DNA of 64,000 nucleotides from the human T2T-CHM13v2.0 reference genome, Homo sapiens. The notes beneath the pieces are model-generated. The model had not been told where the DNA came from and made no database searches. It saw only the letters and a list, made by a program, of their open reading frames with translations. Every line of letters begins with the position of its first letter. Position 1 is the stretch's first letter. The stretch is taken from assembly GCF_009914755.1 (NCBI RefSeq), contig NC_060940.1. The stretch is one strand, 5' to 3'. Of the stretch, positions 1-16,137 are shown in pieces. The translations under genes were made by a program, and so were the position numbers.

Positions 1-1691
1 ATTGGGGAAATTCAATCTTTTGATTCATTTCTTTTAGAGGATGGTGTAAGTGCTTTAAGAAGGTTACTGTTTTCTAGTTGATTGTTACAGAGTAAAAGAA
101 GACAAATGGTGACACAGACAGTCCCCATTAACCTCTTCACAAGCACACAATTTCACATGGACAAAATAGTAAATGAATTTCTTGTGCTTCTCATACATTC
201 AATGAACATCAAAAATTAGAGTTAGGAAAAGTGGAATTTTGTCCTAATTTTGGCCCAGTTGGGTATGGCAGTTTAAGCAAATGATTTAGAATCTTTGTCT
301 TTGTTTCTGTACAATTTAAAACATGGTTCTGTAAGGAAACATTTTTAGTTAAATGACCTCCTCAGTGTAGAAGGCACCTCGTATAATAATAGGGCATATT
401 TCTGAAGACATTCACTGAGTCCCAGAATGCAGCATGGGTGTCTGCATTTCAGATAGGTGACCTTAAGAGAAAGCATGAAAGTAATGCCTACCACAGTAGC
501 TGAAACATGTGAAGCACTGTATAAATGTGTGCCATATGGGTGAATGAAATTCAACAGACATATGGGAAAAGGCAGGAAGAAGAAACAGTCAAGGCATGGT
601 GGTGTAAATGTGGAACTTTCAAAATTAGTCAAAGCCTTGGAGGTCTAATTGAGTTTCTACATCTTCCAGAAACTGGGAAGTGATTTAAAGAGGGAATCTA
701 TCATCCCTATTAAAAAATTATTTTACTCAAAAATGACCCAGACTAACTCAATTTGAACATGTCTGTATATGTAGCCCAACACTTGCTCACATATTAATAA
801 TAAACTTTCAAAGCAACTGCATTCACTGGCTACTGTTACGTCGTTTTTCCAAAGATGACATCTAAGTGAGAAAGGGTAAGTAACTTGCAAAAGGTTATCT
901 ATAGGAACACTGAGTTCTGACTGTGAGCTGCCTATGCTGAACTTTGAAAGGACAACTTTGTTCATTCTTTTCTAGTACTTACCAATTGTGATAGAGTCGT
1001 GGAAATTCCTTGGCTACCTAGCAATACAGTTCTCATACAGGCTTGCTCACTTATTTGAAGTAGTAGTTTAACAAAGCCAGAATTTCTTTTCGATTCCAAC
1101 TGAGTTTCTTCCAAGCTCTGAGACTGTGAGGAGTCGCCAGTGCACAGGGCTGGGAGATGTGATATAATGATGCCTGCAGGCTAGGAATCTGGTCTCTGGG
1201 ACATATTGTTTTTTACAGAGTTGCCATGAAACTTGGCTGGAGACCCAGCCCTCTCTGTTGGAGCCAGACTCTGAGTGTCTTTGGCTAATCAGCATGCTTC
1301 AGGGAGAAAAAAATAATTGCTGGTAAGCAAAGGCACTGTTTATCATTATCTATGTGGCATCTGCTTCCACAATTACATTTCTAGAAGATCTGGATAATCA
1401 CATTCTTTTGCAAATGGTCTAATTAATGTGATTTTTGCTATTATTATATTTTGAGCATCGGTAATACCAAAGCTAATCATTAAAGGCCTCCAATTTTGCA
1501 GTATGCAAAGACATCTTATTGATTGACACAGAAATCCACAGAAAGTGACATGAAACAACTGGGACTATGACGACTCAAGTGCTTGCCAAACCCAAGGAAG
1601 TAAACTGAATATTGTGTGCATCTTTTTATTTCACAAGTTAATATCCTCCTATGCACACATGCAGAAAGAATAAAAAATAAGGCCACCATGT

Positions 1692-1885
1692 AAAATTGGG
1701 TTTGAATCTCAGTCCTGACACTAACCATCTGTGTGGCAGTAAACGTATACATTCTCAACATTGGTTGCCTCCCCTTTACAATATAGACTCTAATTTGTGC
1801 CTTAAAGCAATCTTACAAAGATTAAATGAGATGACACATGTAAAATGTACTGGCACAATAAATTATACTCAACAATTGACTTAGT
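1692..1885 (+). mobile_element. MIR SINE (degenerate)
   Basis: gggtttgaatctcagtcctgacacta...agattaaatgagatgacacatgtaaa...tggcacaata follows the MIR core and 3' consensus. Confidence 0.7.
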
Positions 1886-2439
1886 ATTCAATAAATTATA
1901 ATTGCCTTTCTCCATAATATTAGGCTATTGGTACAATGTCTCTATTTTTGTTTTATGACTTGGCAAGTAGGAGTTTACTCATATAGACAGTGGAACCAAA
2001 TACTGCAATTTGGCCTGTCCAGGATGTGTGGTTCACAAAGCTAGAAGACATTAGTTGACTAAACTAAAAGTAAGCGTAATGGCCTCAATGATAACTGCTG
2101 AAGCACTGAATATCAGATTTAGCAATAATGATCAACAAGACTCGGGCCTTTTCCAATGGGTGCACCTGATATACAAGCCACCAGTCCTCTGATACATTTC
2201 ATTCAACTATGAATGAAGTAGGAGAGTTGACAAACTCAAAATGAAACCAACTGACCAGCCGTATTCCAGATCTGAAAGAAAATGTGACACGTCTATCCAT
2301 CTGAGGCTTAGGTATTTTTCCTTTGGAAAAAGATTTCTAAAATTAATATTAACATGATAACTATTGACTTTTATTGTTAGTTTATTCTACGACAGTAATT
2401 ATGCCAGCTTTCTATTTTTATTCTCACTGCAAATATGTC

Positions 2440-2572
2440 AAGTGATTACTATATTTCTGCTTTTTAATAGATAACGAAACCAAGATATAGAAAAGTGATA
2501 TAATTTGTCATAGAACAATACTTGTAGGTAATACAGTTGGGATTTGAATCCAGACCTGTGTCTATTCAAAAC
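2440..2572 (-). mobile_element. MIR fragment
   Basis: agataacgaaaccaaga...gttgggatttgaatccagacctgtgt resembles the reverse MIR core. Confidence 0.6.
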
Positions 2573-2796
2573 TGAAAAAAAAAAAAAGATATTTCAAGCC
2601 TGTAGAAGTTTTAGACAGGGTTTCTTCAAGAGGCCTGGAGCTTTTGATCTCAGGAAACCTCAAATTCCAGTGAATTTTGTTTGGTTTGGTTTGAACACTT
2701 GCCTGTGCTTTGAGGAACCATAATGCATTTTGGTTCTTTCATATCACAGATATCTCACAGCAAGTCAGATATGGGGAGCAAAGATTTGTATCTTGT

Positions 2797-3110
<314 letters not shown>

Positions 3111-3427
3111 AAGATTTCTATCTTGTAGAGTATTTTACTTGAGAAGAGTGAGAGTCCATCAGTAATCCTTTGATGGGAATCAAAGATGCTTTGGAAGTAT
3201 ACACGGGAACTTCATAATTGCTCAGTATCTTGATGCTTGCTAAAAGAAGCAGCAAGATTTCTCGTTTTGTCAGCCCTTCAAACCTTATTTTCCAGATGAG
3301 AAGCATTGTTTCAGCTTTCTGAATCTGTTGGTATTCATCCACCTTCTTACATTTCCCAGCTCATGGGCTTAGAAAAATGCATGTAGTCAGAGTCTGTTTA
3401 GCAGAATAGAGCACCTGGTATCCTTGC

Positions 3428-3428
<1 letters not shown>

Positions 3429-3463
<35 letters not shown>
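3429..3463. repeat. (TG)n microsatellite
   Basis: About 17 perfect TG units. Confidence 0.97.
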
Positions 3464-3465
<2 letters not shown>

Positions 3466-3989
3466 GGGGCTTCTTTGTTTTTAATTACTTTTATTACGAA
3501 AATAACACTTCACATGATAATAAATAAATAGGTAGTATAAAAAGCTACAAATGAAAAGCTAATTACTTCTACACTCTGGACCTACTATCTCTCCTCAGTC
3601 AATAACTATACAGGTTCTACTATATGTTTATAGAGGAAAAATGTGTACATATTATAAATGGTAACTGTACTCTGTACAAACGTATACTTATAAATATATC
3701 ATTTTTGTTTTTACATAGATGCATGTACCTTTCAGATAGTTTTGGCCTTATTTTTTTCATGAAATGTATCTCAGAGGGAGATTTTCAAATAAAATGCAAA
3801 CGGAAAGCCAAATGTCCTAATAATGTTTCCTCCAATACCTAATCAAACAAACAACAATTTGAATACAACAAAAAATAACGATCAGCACTACTGGTGATTC
3901 AGATGCAGATGTGGTACCCAAACCATTTGACCAATACTTCAGAAACCCTTAGGGCAGAATACAGGCAATCAAATTCTGAGATTTATCAT

Positions 3990-5400
3990 TAATTTAAATA
4001 AAAATTTGCAATGATAGTTAAATCACTTCGTCAAAAAAAAGTATGGCTGAAAGTTTTGCAAATTTAGAGATAAATACAAATACAGATCCGGGAAGCTCAG
4101 TGTACTTCAAGTGAGTAAGTTGTGGAGGAAACCACATTTAGGCAAATCAAACGGCTACAAATTAAAGACAAAGTGAAAAGCCTTGAAGCAGCTACACAAA
4201 AATAAAATATTTTATAAAGGGAAAGAATAATTTGAATAATTCATCAGAAACCATGGAGGTCAAAAGACTGTGAAACTACATTTTCAAGTGTTGAAAGTAA
4301 AAAAAAAAAAGCCATCGCTTTTTATCCAGTGCAAGTCTCCTTCAAGAATAAACGTGAAATAAAGACATTTTTAGATAAAACTAAGAGAATTTTTTTGTCA
4401 GCAGACTTGCATTCTAAGAAATGTTAAAGGAAGTTTCTCATACTCAAAGGAAATCATATCAGATGAAACTCATATCTATAGGAAATAATGAAGAGCATCA
4501 GAAAAAGTAAATACCTGACTCAATAAATAGACCTTTTTTCTTCTAGTTAAAAAAAGTATATATGACCACTTAAAACAAAAATTATAGTACTTTCTTGTGG
4601 GCTTTGTAAATGTATAGATATAATGCATATGTGAACTAGAGCATAAAAGATGGGGCTAAATGCATTCATATGATTAGAAATTTTCTATATTTTACATGAA
4701 GTAAAATATTTTATATATTCATGAAATATTCATGAACTATACATAAAATGTATTTTACATGAATTAGTATAGTATTAATTATAAGACATCTGTAGAAAAG
4801 ATAAAGATATATATGGCAATAACTAGATCAACCACTTAAAATATAATAGGATATATCTAAAATCCCAATAAATAAATTAAATGGAATTCTAAAAATAATT
4901 ATATAAATGTTTAAAAAGTTAGAAAAGGGAGAAGAGGATAACCACAACACTAATCAAAACAAAAGAAAATAGGAGATGAAGAAAAAAACAAAAATAATAA
5001 AAATGTACACCTAAGTCCAATCACATTGATAATTACAATAAATGTTAATGGACAAAACATTTCAAATAAAAGTAAATATTTTCTGAATGGATAAAAAAAG
5101 CAAAACCCAATTTTACATTGTCTATAAAATAAATAATTTAGCTACAAAGACACAGATATTAAAAGTAATGGATAAAGAAAGATATGCTATGTACGTAGTT
5201 TAAGAAAGCTGGAGTGACTATAGTAATATCAGACAAAATTGATTCAAGACAAAGAACATCACCGGTAATAAAGAAAGGCATTTCATAAAGTTAGAAAGAT
5301 CAATTTGTCAGAAAGACATAACAATCATAAATGTGTATGTACCTAGTAACAGAGCTTCATAATACAGGAAGCAAGAATTGATAGAATTAAGAGATAAATA
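3990..5400 (+). mobile_element. Old L1M fragment (ORF1 C-terminus, spacer, ORF2 endonuclease start)
   Basis: ORF1-end motifs (tcatcagaaaccatggagg, aaagacatttt...agagaatt) and ORF2-start motifs (ataaatgttaatgg, gaatggataaaaaaagcaaaacccaa, aatatcagacaaaat); heavily decayed. Confidence 0.85.
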
Positions 5401-5539
5401 GTTCAAACTCTTTACTTTCTACGTGATAAACTGTTTAAAATAAGGATACATTTGTATGAAATTCTCAAACAGGCAGAACAAATTAATGGTAGAAAAAACA
5501 GTATAGTAGTTGCCACTGGGATATAGAGACAGTGACTGA

Positions 5540-5791
<252 letters not shown>

Positions 5792-6196
5792 TGACTATTA
5801 TGAATATAGGCATTATAAGCATTTGTGTACAAAAAAGATACATAAAGGTGCATGAATAAACCTTCTGGGGTGATAGTAATTAGTAATGCCCTTTATGTTA
5901 ATAGGGATTTGGGTTATATTTATGTCTGTATCAATCTATACTATGAAATTTGTGAATTTAATCATGTGTATATTTTTCAGCGGAAGAAAATATAAGTATA
6001 AGCACATGAACTCCTGTTAATGATATGTGTGTTGAAGTATATAGGGAGAAGTATACTGACATCTTTATTTTAAAAGGCACTAACAGTAAAGTGGATTAAT
6101 GTATGGATACAGAGATGAATACATGGATAGTTATTTTATAAACAAATACAGTAAGATGTTAATATTTGAATTAATGGTTGAATATGCATATTGTAC

Positions 6197-6637
6197 TGTA
6201 CTGAAGTGAATAGTGTTCCCCCCAAATTCATGCCTACCTGGAAACTGTGAATGTGATCTTTTTTGAAAACAACATCTTTGCAGATGTAATCAAGTTAAAA
6301 TGATGTTACAATGGATTAGTGTGGCCCCAAATCCAATGGTTGGCATCCTTGAAGAGGGAAAGGTAAACACAGATCACAGGGAGGAATGCCATGTGAGGAC
6401 GAGGTAGAAATTGGGGTGATGTGTCTATAAACCAGGAAATGCCAAGGGTATCCAGCAGCCAGCATAAGCTGGGAAAAAGGCATGCAACAAATTCTTCCTC
6501 AGAATTTCAGAAGGAACCAACCCTGCCAACACCTGGATTCTGAACTTTTAGCCCCCAGAAATAAGAGAGATAAATTTCTGCTGTTTTACACTGCCCAGAT
6601 TGTGGACTTTTGTTACAGCAGCCCTAGGGAACTAGTA
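6197..6637 (+). mobile_element. MaLR solo LTR (MLT1C-like)
   Basis: tgaatagtgttccccccaaattcat...tttgcagatgtaatcaagttaa...gaaggaaccaaccctgccaacacc...ttgttacagcagccctagg. Confidence 0.9.
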
Positions 6638-6929
6638 GTGCACATGTCCACTGTAAATTTGAATCTAGATGGTGAATATACATTTGGTCACTATAAAATT
6701 CTTTCAGCTTTTTTGAATATTTGAATATTTTTACACTGAAACTTTGGGAAATAATAAATAAGCAGAAGCTGAATTCTGTTACCCAATAGATGGTCATAAT
6801 CCTTTGCCCAGATTCAACATCTGAGCTGTTTTTCAGAGCCACAATCTTTGGATTATACGAGAGTCTAGTTCTAATGGGAAAGACTCTGCAACTCTTTGGC
6901 AGATGTTACAGCTGCGATTCCTTCATTCT

Positions 6930-8090
6930 CTCTCTGAAGAGAATTAGAGCCATTCATCTGACCATACATAAGGCAAGAGGAAATACCTAAGTCCTTTGGT
7001 TTGTTTCCTGGATGATCTGAATTGACATTGATTCCTGGGTACGTAAAGTACCAACATCGCTTGTACATGGAGTAGGAGTGTATGAAGTTCTGTTAACAAA
7101 TAGAGTATTGTCCCAGTCTACCTCACAGTGTGGCTGCTAATCCATTGGTTATATTCACAGATGTATAATTTTAAATAATATAATTAACAGATGGACACAT
7201 CCTCATGTGGAACAAAAGCTTGACCTGTGGAATAAGAGCTATTTTAATAATAAAGGCCATAAAAAGCCCCTGAAACACTTCCCTCCACCCCGCTAAGATG
7301 ATCATCTTTGCATCCCAGGCTAATGGCAGATATTAGTACCACAAAGTCTTAAAAGATACAGGGGTCATAGTTCATCCCCATTTAATTCACCAGTCTAGCC
7401 TCTACTAAAACAGATTATGGGGAATGTCAATAAATCATTGTAAATTTAATCAAGTATTGGCCCTATGTTCATCACTGTGTTGGATGCGCTTTCCTGACTA
7501 GAACAGATGAACAAAGCTTCATGTACCTTGTAAGTGGCTACTGATCTAGCTAGTGTGATCTTTTCGTTACCTAACCGGAAGGAGAGTCAGAAGCAGTTTG
7601 CATTCACCTGGGATCTACAGCAGTATACGTTCAGTCTTGCCTCAGAGTCAAATTAATTCACTCTGCCATAAAGATAACATTAATTCACTCTCCAAGGAGG
7701 TCATGGCAAGGTGGACAACATGCAGAACACAATATTGCTTCACTATCGGACCCCGTGGACAAAACATGATAAGCCCTCTGAATGTCTTGGTAAATATATG
7801 GGCTCCAATGGTAAGGAAATAAAGATTCAGAGTCTGTCACATTGTTGAATATTTAGAGGTGCAGTGGTCTAAGTTATATCAGAACATAGTCTCCAAAGCT
7901 ATGGACAAATTATTGTAGTTTTATCCTACTTCCATTGAAAAAGAGAGAAGTACTGGGTTTAAGTTTTTCTTTAAGTTTGCAGGCAGTGTATTCTGCACTT
8001 GAGAATACTCATACAAGCTATATATTGCTGCATAAGTCTTCTAGGCTTTCGTGAGACCCAGGGGAAGAAAAATCATGAAAGCAGCTCTAC
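6930..8090 (+). mobile_element. ERV-L internal (pro/pol) remnant including RT motifs
   Basis: Translates to SPFNSPV*P (from 7375) and ATDLASVIFSLPNRKESQKQFAFTWDLQQYTF (7537-7632), matching ERV-L RT (SPFNSPVWP / AIDLANAFFSIP..QKQFAF.W.GQQYTF); has stops and frameshifts. Confidence 0.85.
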
Positions 8091-8091
8091 G

Positions 8092-8528
8092 TATTATGAG
8101 TTAAATTGTGTCCTCTCAAAATTCATATGTTTCAGCCCTAACCCTGAGTCTCTTGGAATGTGAACTAATTTGGACATAGGATCTTTAGAGATGTAATTAA
8201 GCAAAACAAGGTCATTAGGGTAGGGCCTAATTGAATATAACTGATGTCCTTATAATAAAGGGAAATTTGGACACAAATATATACAGAGAGGGGAGATGAT
8301 GTGGAGGCAACATAAGGAGAAGATGACCATCTATATGCCAAGAAAAGAAGCCTGGAGGATCCTTCCCCACAGACCTCAGAAGAAGCCACCGCACCAACAC
8401 CTTGATCTTGGGCTTTTATCCTCCAGTGCCGTGGGGAAATAAATAAATTTCTGTGAGGAAATAAATAAATTTCTGTGATGTCACACAGTTTGTGGTATTT
8501 GTTATAGCAGCTATTGCACACGAATGCA
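8092..8528 (+). mobile_element. MaLR solo LTR (MLT1B-like) inserted in the ERV-L remnant
   Basis: gagttaaattgtgtcctctcaaaattcatatgtt...ggtcattagggtagggccta...tttgtggtatttgttatagcagc; internal ~22-bp tandem duplication at 8436-8478. Confidence 0.9.
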
Positions 8529-8639
8529 CTAAGTTATGCCCTGCTGCTTGGCATATTCCTGCATGCACATCTCATCTCAGAGATTTCTGGAGAACGTGAA
8601 CTAGACAGAAAACTCTCCTATTTAATTCCTGAATACTAG

Positions 8640-8810
8640 TATTCATCTTCTGGTACCACAAGGTGTTTTACAGTAATCTTGTACATTTCCTAGCCAAGAG
8701 TTGTAATCATTTCTTTTAAAGATATGTAGAAATCGGTTTTTGTGCTGAGGGTCACTATTGCTACTGTTGGTCACTGTTTTTAGGCTTTTTTGGTGGAAAA
8801 AAGTAAGGCA
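8640..8810 (-). mobile_element. L1MC-type 3' fragment
   Basis: ttctggtaccacaaggtgtt...cttgtacatttcc...attgctactg resembles L1MC4/5 3' UTR in reverse. Confidence 0.55.
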
Positions 8811-8813
8811 TAC

Positions 8814-9050
8814 TTTTTCCTTTCCTCTTTTCCCTTTCCTTTTTCCTTTCCTTTCCTTTCCTTCCTCTCCCTCCCCCTTCCCCTCCCTCCCTCCCTTTTT
8901 TCCTCCCCTTTTCCCTCCCTATTTTCCCCTCCCCTCTCCTCTCCTTTTTCCTTCCTTCCTCCCTTCCTTTCTCTCTCTCTTCCTTCCTTCCTTTCTTTCT
9001 TTCTCTTTCTCTTTCTTTCTTTCTTTTTCTTCTTTCTTTCTTTCTTTATC
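8814..9050. repeat. Polypyrimidine (CCCTT/CCTT/CTTT) low-complexity tract
   Basis: About 235 bp of almost pure C/T. Confidence 0.95.
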
Positions 9051-9361
9051 TTGAAAAGAGAAATGTGTTATACATTTACATTGATATTTTCAATTAAAAT
9101 TCAAGATTATGGAGATTTTAGTTAACTTCTTTCATTTCATATTTGTATCTCTTGAATTCTTGCTTCTGACACCACTGACATAATTTCTTTTGTACTCTAT
9201 ATCTGATCTTACTTCCCATCCATACGATGGATTAAAATAACTAGATCTATTTTGTCTTTGGTAGTTTGACTGCATATCTCTGATCCCAACTAGGACATGT
9301 ACTTTTTTTAATTCTAAAAAGTTCTTTAATTCTAAAAAGTTTTTTTTACTTCTAAAGAGTA

Positions 9362-9810
9362 CATAGTGCTTACTATGTACCAAGCACTGTTTTTTTTTAA
9401 AACTTAATTAACAATAATATATTATATAATTGCAAATAGCTAGGAGGAGGATATTGAATGTTTCCAAAACAAAGAAATGATAAATATTTGAGAGGATGGA
9501 TATGCTACTTACCCTGATCTGATCACTAGACATCATATGTCTCTAAACATTATTATGAGCCCCATGCATATGTAAAATTATTATTTGCCAATTAAAAAAT
9601 AAAATAAATATTTAAAGTGTGCATTAACTCATTTCATCCTCACAGTAACCCTATGACATAGATACTGTTGTTATCCCAGTTTTACAAATTAGAAAACTGA
9701 GGCATATACAAGTTAAGTAACGTGTGAAAAATCATACTGCTAGTAAATAGCAGAGCTGCTGTTTGGACTCAGGCATCTGACTCCAGAGCAATGTTCTTTA
9801 ACTAAGTTGT
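9362..9810 (-). mobile_element. MIR split by an L1MA 3' end
   Basis: gtgcttactatgtaccaagcactg (9366-9389) continues as attaactcatttcatcctcac...actgaggc...ctgactccagagc (9620-9810). Confidence 0.85.
9403..9612 (+). mobile_element. L1MA 3' terminal fragment
   Basis: aaatagctaggaggaggatattgaatgtt...ccctgatctgatcact...aattaaaaaataaaataaa. Confidence 0.85.
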
Positions 9811-11027
9811 ACTGTCAAGATATCATAATGGGCTTAGATAAATGGTCCAAATAAAATAAAAATAGTTTTGATGAATTATAATCACTAACCTTCACATAAC
9901 TCTTGGTGTCTCATTTTGCAAGTGTTTTTGTAGCTAATATCTTCTCACTTGCTGCTCAGAATCTTGAGAGAAAGAGATGCAGCTGAGAGAGGGAAGTGAC
10001 TTGCCCAAGGACACACAGCTGGTATGTGGGAGCATCAGGATTTGAACCAGAGTACAAATTATTTTTATTTCCTGTATACATAGATGGAAACTGAGATTAA
10101 GAGGAGTTAAACAATTTATATTCTTCTGTCCTCCAGAGGCTTGGCATGGTGATTTGGAGGGAGTCCATGTAATACATGTACTAAGTCCAAGTTAGCGTCC
10201 ATATCTATACTGAATAATTAGATGCTACTCAACTCCTCTGGTTCCTCTGGGGACACAGGACTCCCAGTGGCAACTTATGTTGCTGTCAGCAGCTTGGCGC
10301 TTTGAACCAGGGTGGCCCTGTAGAAGCAGGGGGTAAGGAGGTCAGAGGTTTTCTGTGAACTGGAGGCTCCAGGCTTCTGTTTGCAAAGGATGACTTGTGA
10401 ATCCTTGATCTGTACAGACAACCAATGACAACTTTGCTGTTGAAAGCAAAAGGCTGTGACTTACTCCTCTCATTTAGGTTTGAATCCTAGCTCTACCTTT
10501 GGGGGAATACAGTTTCTGTTTCTGATAAAGGCACAATAACTCATCTCTAGATAATCAAAACACCATCTTAACAATTAAACAAATCAAAACAATTTTGTTT
10601 AATTTTACTTTGATTTTTAAAGCTTGCATTTATATTCATTACAATTTAATTTTGTTTCACAATTTTGAACCACTTATATGGTTTTCAAAGTTGAATCTAC
10701 GAAACAAACTACCTTCAGAAAATATTAGATTTTCTATATATGCCTTTTATTATTTTGCTCAATGAACTCTTCACTCTTATTGTCTAGAGTTTTCTGATTA
10801 TTACTTAAAATTTTTTCTAAGTTTTTGTTACTTATCCATATTTTATGCAAATTATAACTATTATATATTTTAGAAAGAAATTTTTTATTTCTAATAGGCC
10901 AGTGGTATTTATTTATTTACTTATTTTACATTTTTAAAAGTTAGTAAAATTTTCAGTTTTTTTTTTTTTATGGCTTCTAGGCATTGTGTTTGGTTTGGAA
11001 TGTCATTCCTACTCAGAAATTACTTTC

Positions 11028-12449
<1,422 letters not shown>

Positions 12450-13698
12450 AAATTACTTTCAATGGCATGTTTCTTCTAATAATAGTATTTTATTTAACTT
12501 TTTCTAAAATTTATTAGATGTGCAAAGATAAAATTATAGAACCTTAATCCTAATTGTTGTCCAGTTTTCTCCACACCATTTATTAAAAGGCTCATCTATA
12601 ACATTTAAGTGCCACTTTTATCCTATGAGCTGTCCCCATGGGTGTTCAATTGTATTTTTAGAATCTCTCATCTTTCATTGTCCAGTTTTTCTTCTTCTTC
12701 TTCTTTTTTTTTTTTTGCCAAAGTCAACATGTTTTAATGTTCATATCTTTCTTTAACATCTGGTAAGGCAAGTTCTCCATTATATCACGGTCTTGGAATC
12801 TTTATGGCTGTTATTGGATGTCTAATTTTCCATATCTATTGTAGATTTAGCTGATTACATTCCCTCCTTAATTTTGCCAATATTTTGAATAGGATCTTAT
12901 TGAATAGATAGTTTGTATTAGAATGAGTTCCCTTCTGGTAATTTCAAGAAATGTGTTTCCAGTTATTTGTTACCACAAATAAGGTGGTAATAAGCTTTAA
13001 CATCACTAGTTCTCTCAGAATAGAATTCTAGGAATGAGATTACAGACTGTGTCAAGGGGTATAGATATTTGTGTCAAGGGTTATAGAAAAGCAAATTCAC
13101 AATATATCGTTTTCCATATTGTGAATTTGCTTTCCTGAAAGATTGTAGCAGGTGCAAGACCTGTTTTTCTTTGCCCTCTGACCAGAACCGAATGCCTGAA
13201 CATACTATGTCTAAGTAGTTCAGAAATTTCCCCCACCAAAACACCCATAAAGTATGATGGGGATGAGACTCACCAGTACAGTTTGGAGGTACTATCGTAG
13301 ATTTGCTTCCTTTGTTGTACTGATGGGAAAATCAAGATCCAGGAATGATTAAGGCCTGGTTAGAATTACACAGAAGTTCACATTAAAGAAGGGACCAGTG
13401 GCCAGGTTCTTGACTTCTAAGAACATCTGTATGTGCACACATACACAAATGTTTTCATCTTAGATATATTCCCTAGTTAGAGTTCAAGCTATTCTTCATT
13501 AATATAGTGGAATGTTATTTATAATCTACAAAGTAACAACCAAGTAAGATTTTTACCCTCTTAACAAGTTTTTAAGTGTACCGTATCAGTATTAGTAACT
13601 ACATGCACCTGTAGTATAGATCATCTCCAGAACATTTTAATCCTGAAAGACTGAAACTCTATATCCATTGTTTCCATCCATAAACTTGGTAGCTTCTT

Positions 13699-16137
<2,439 letters not shown>

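Noticed and set aside
6197-8528. Apparent LTR-pol-LTR provirus
   Set aside because: The two LTRs are different MLT1 subfamilies, L1 sequence lies between the first LTR and pol, and MaLRs do not encode pol
8758-9125. Pro/Phe/Ser-rich ORFs
   Set aside because: Artefacts of the polypyrimidine tract
9301-9360. ~18-bp unit repeated three times (CRISPR-like at a glance)
   Set aside because: Spacer-less tandem slippage repeat in eukaryotic DNA
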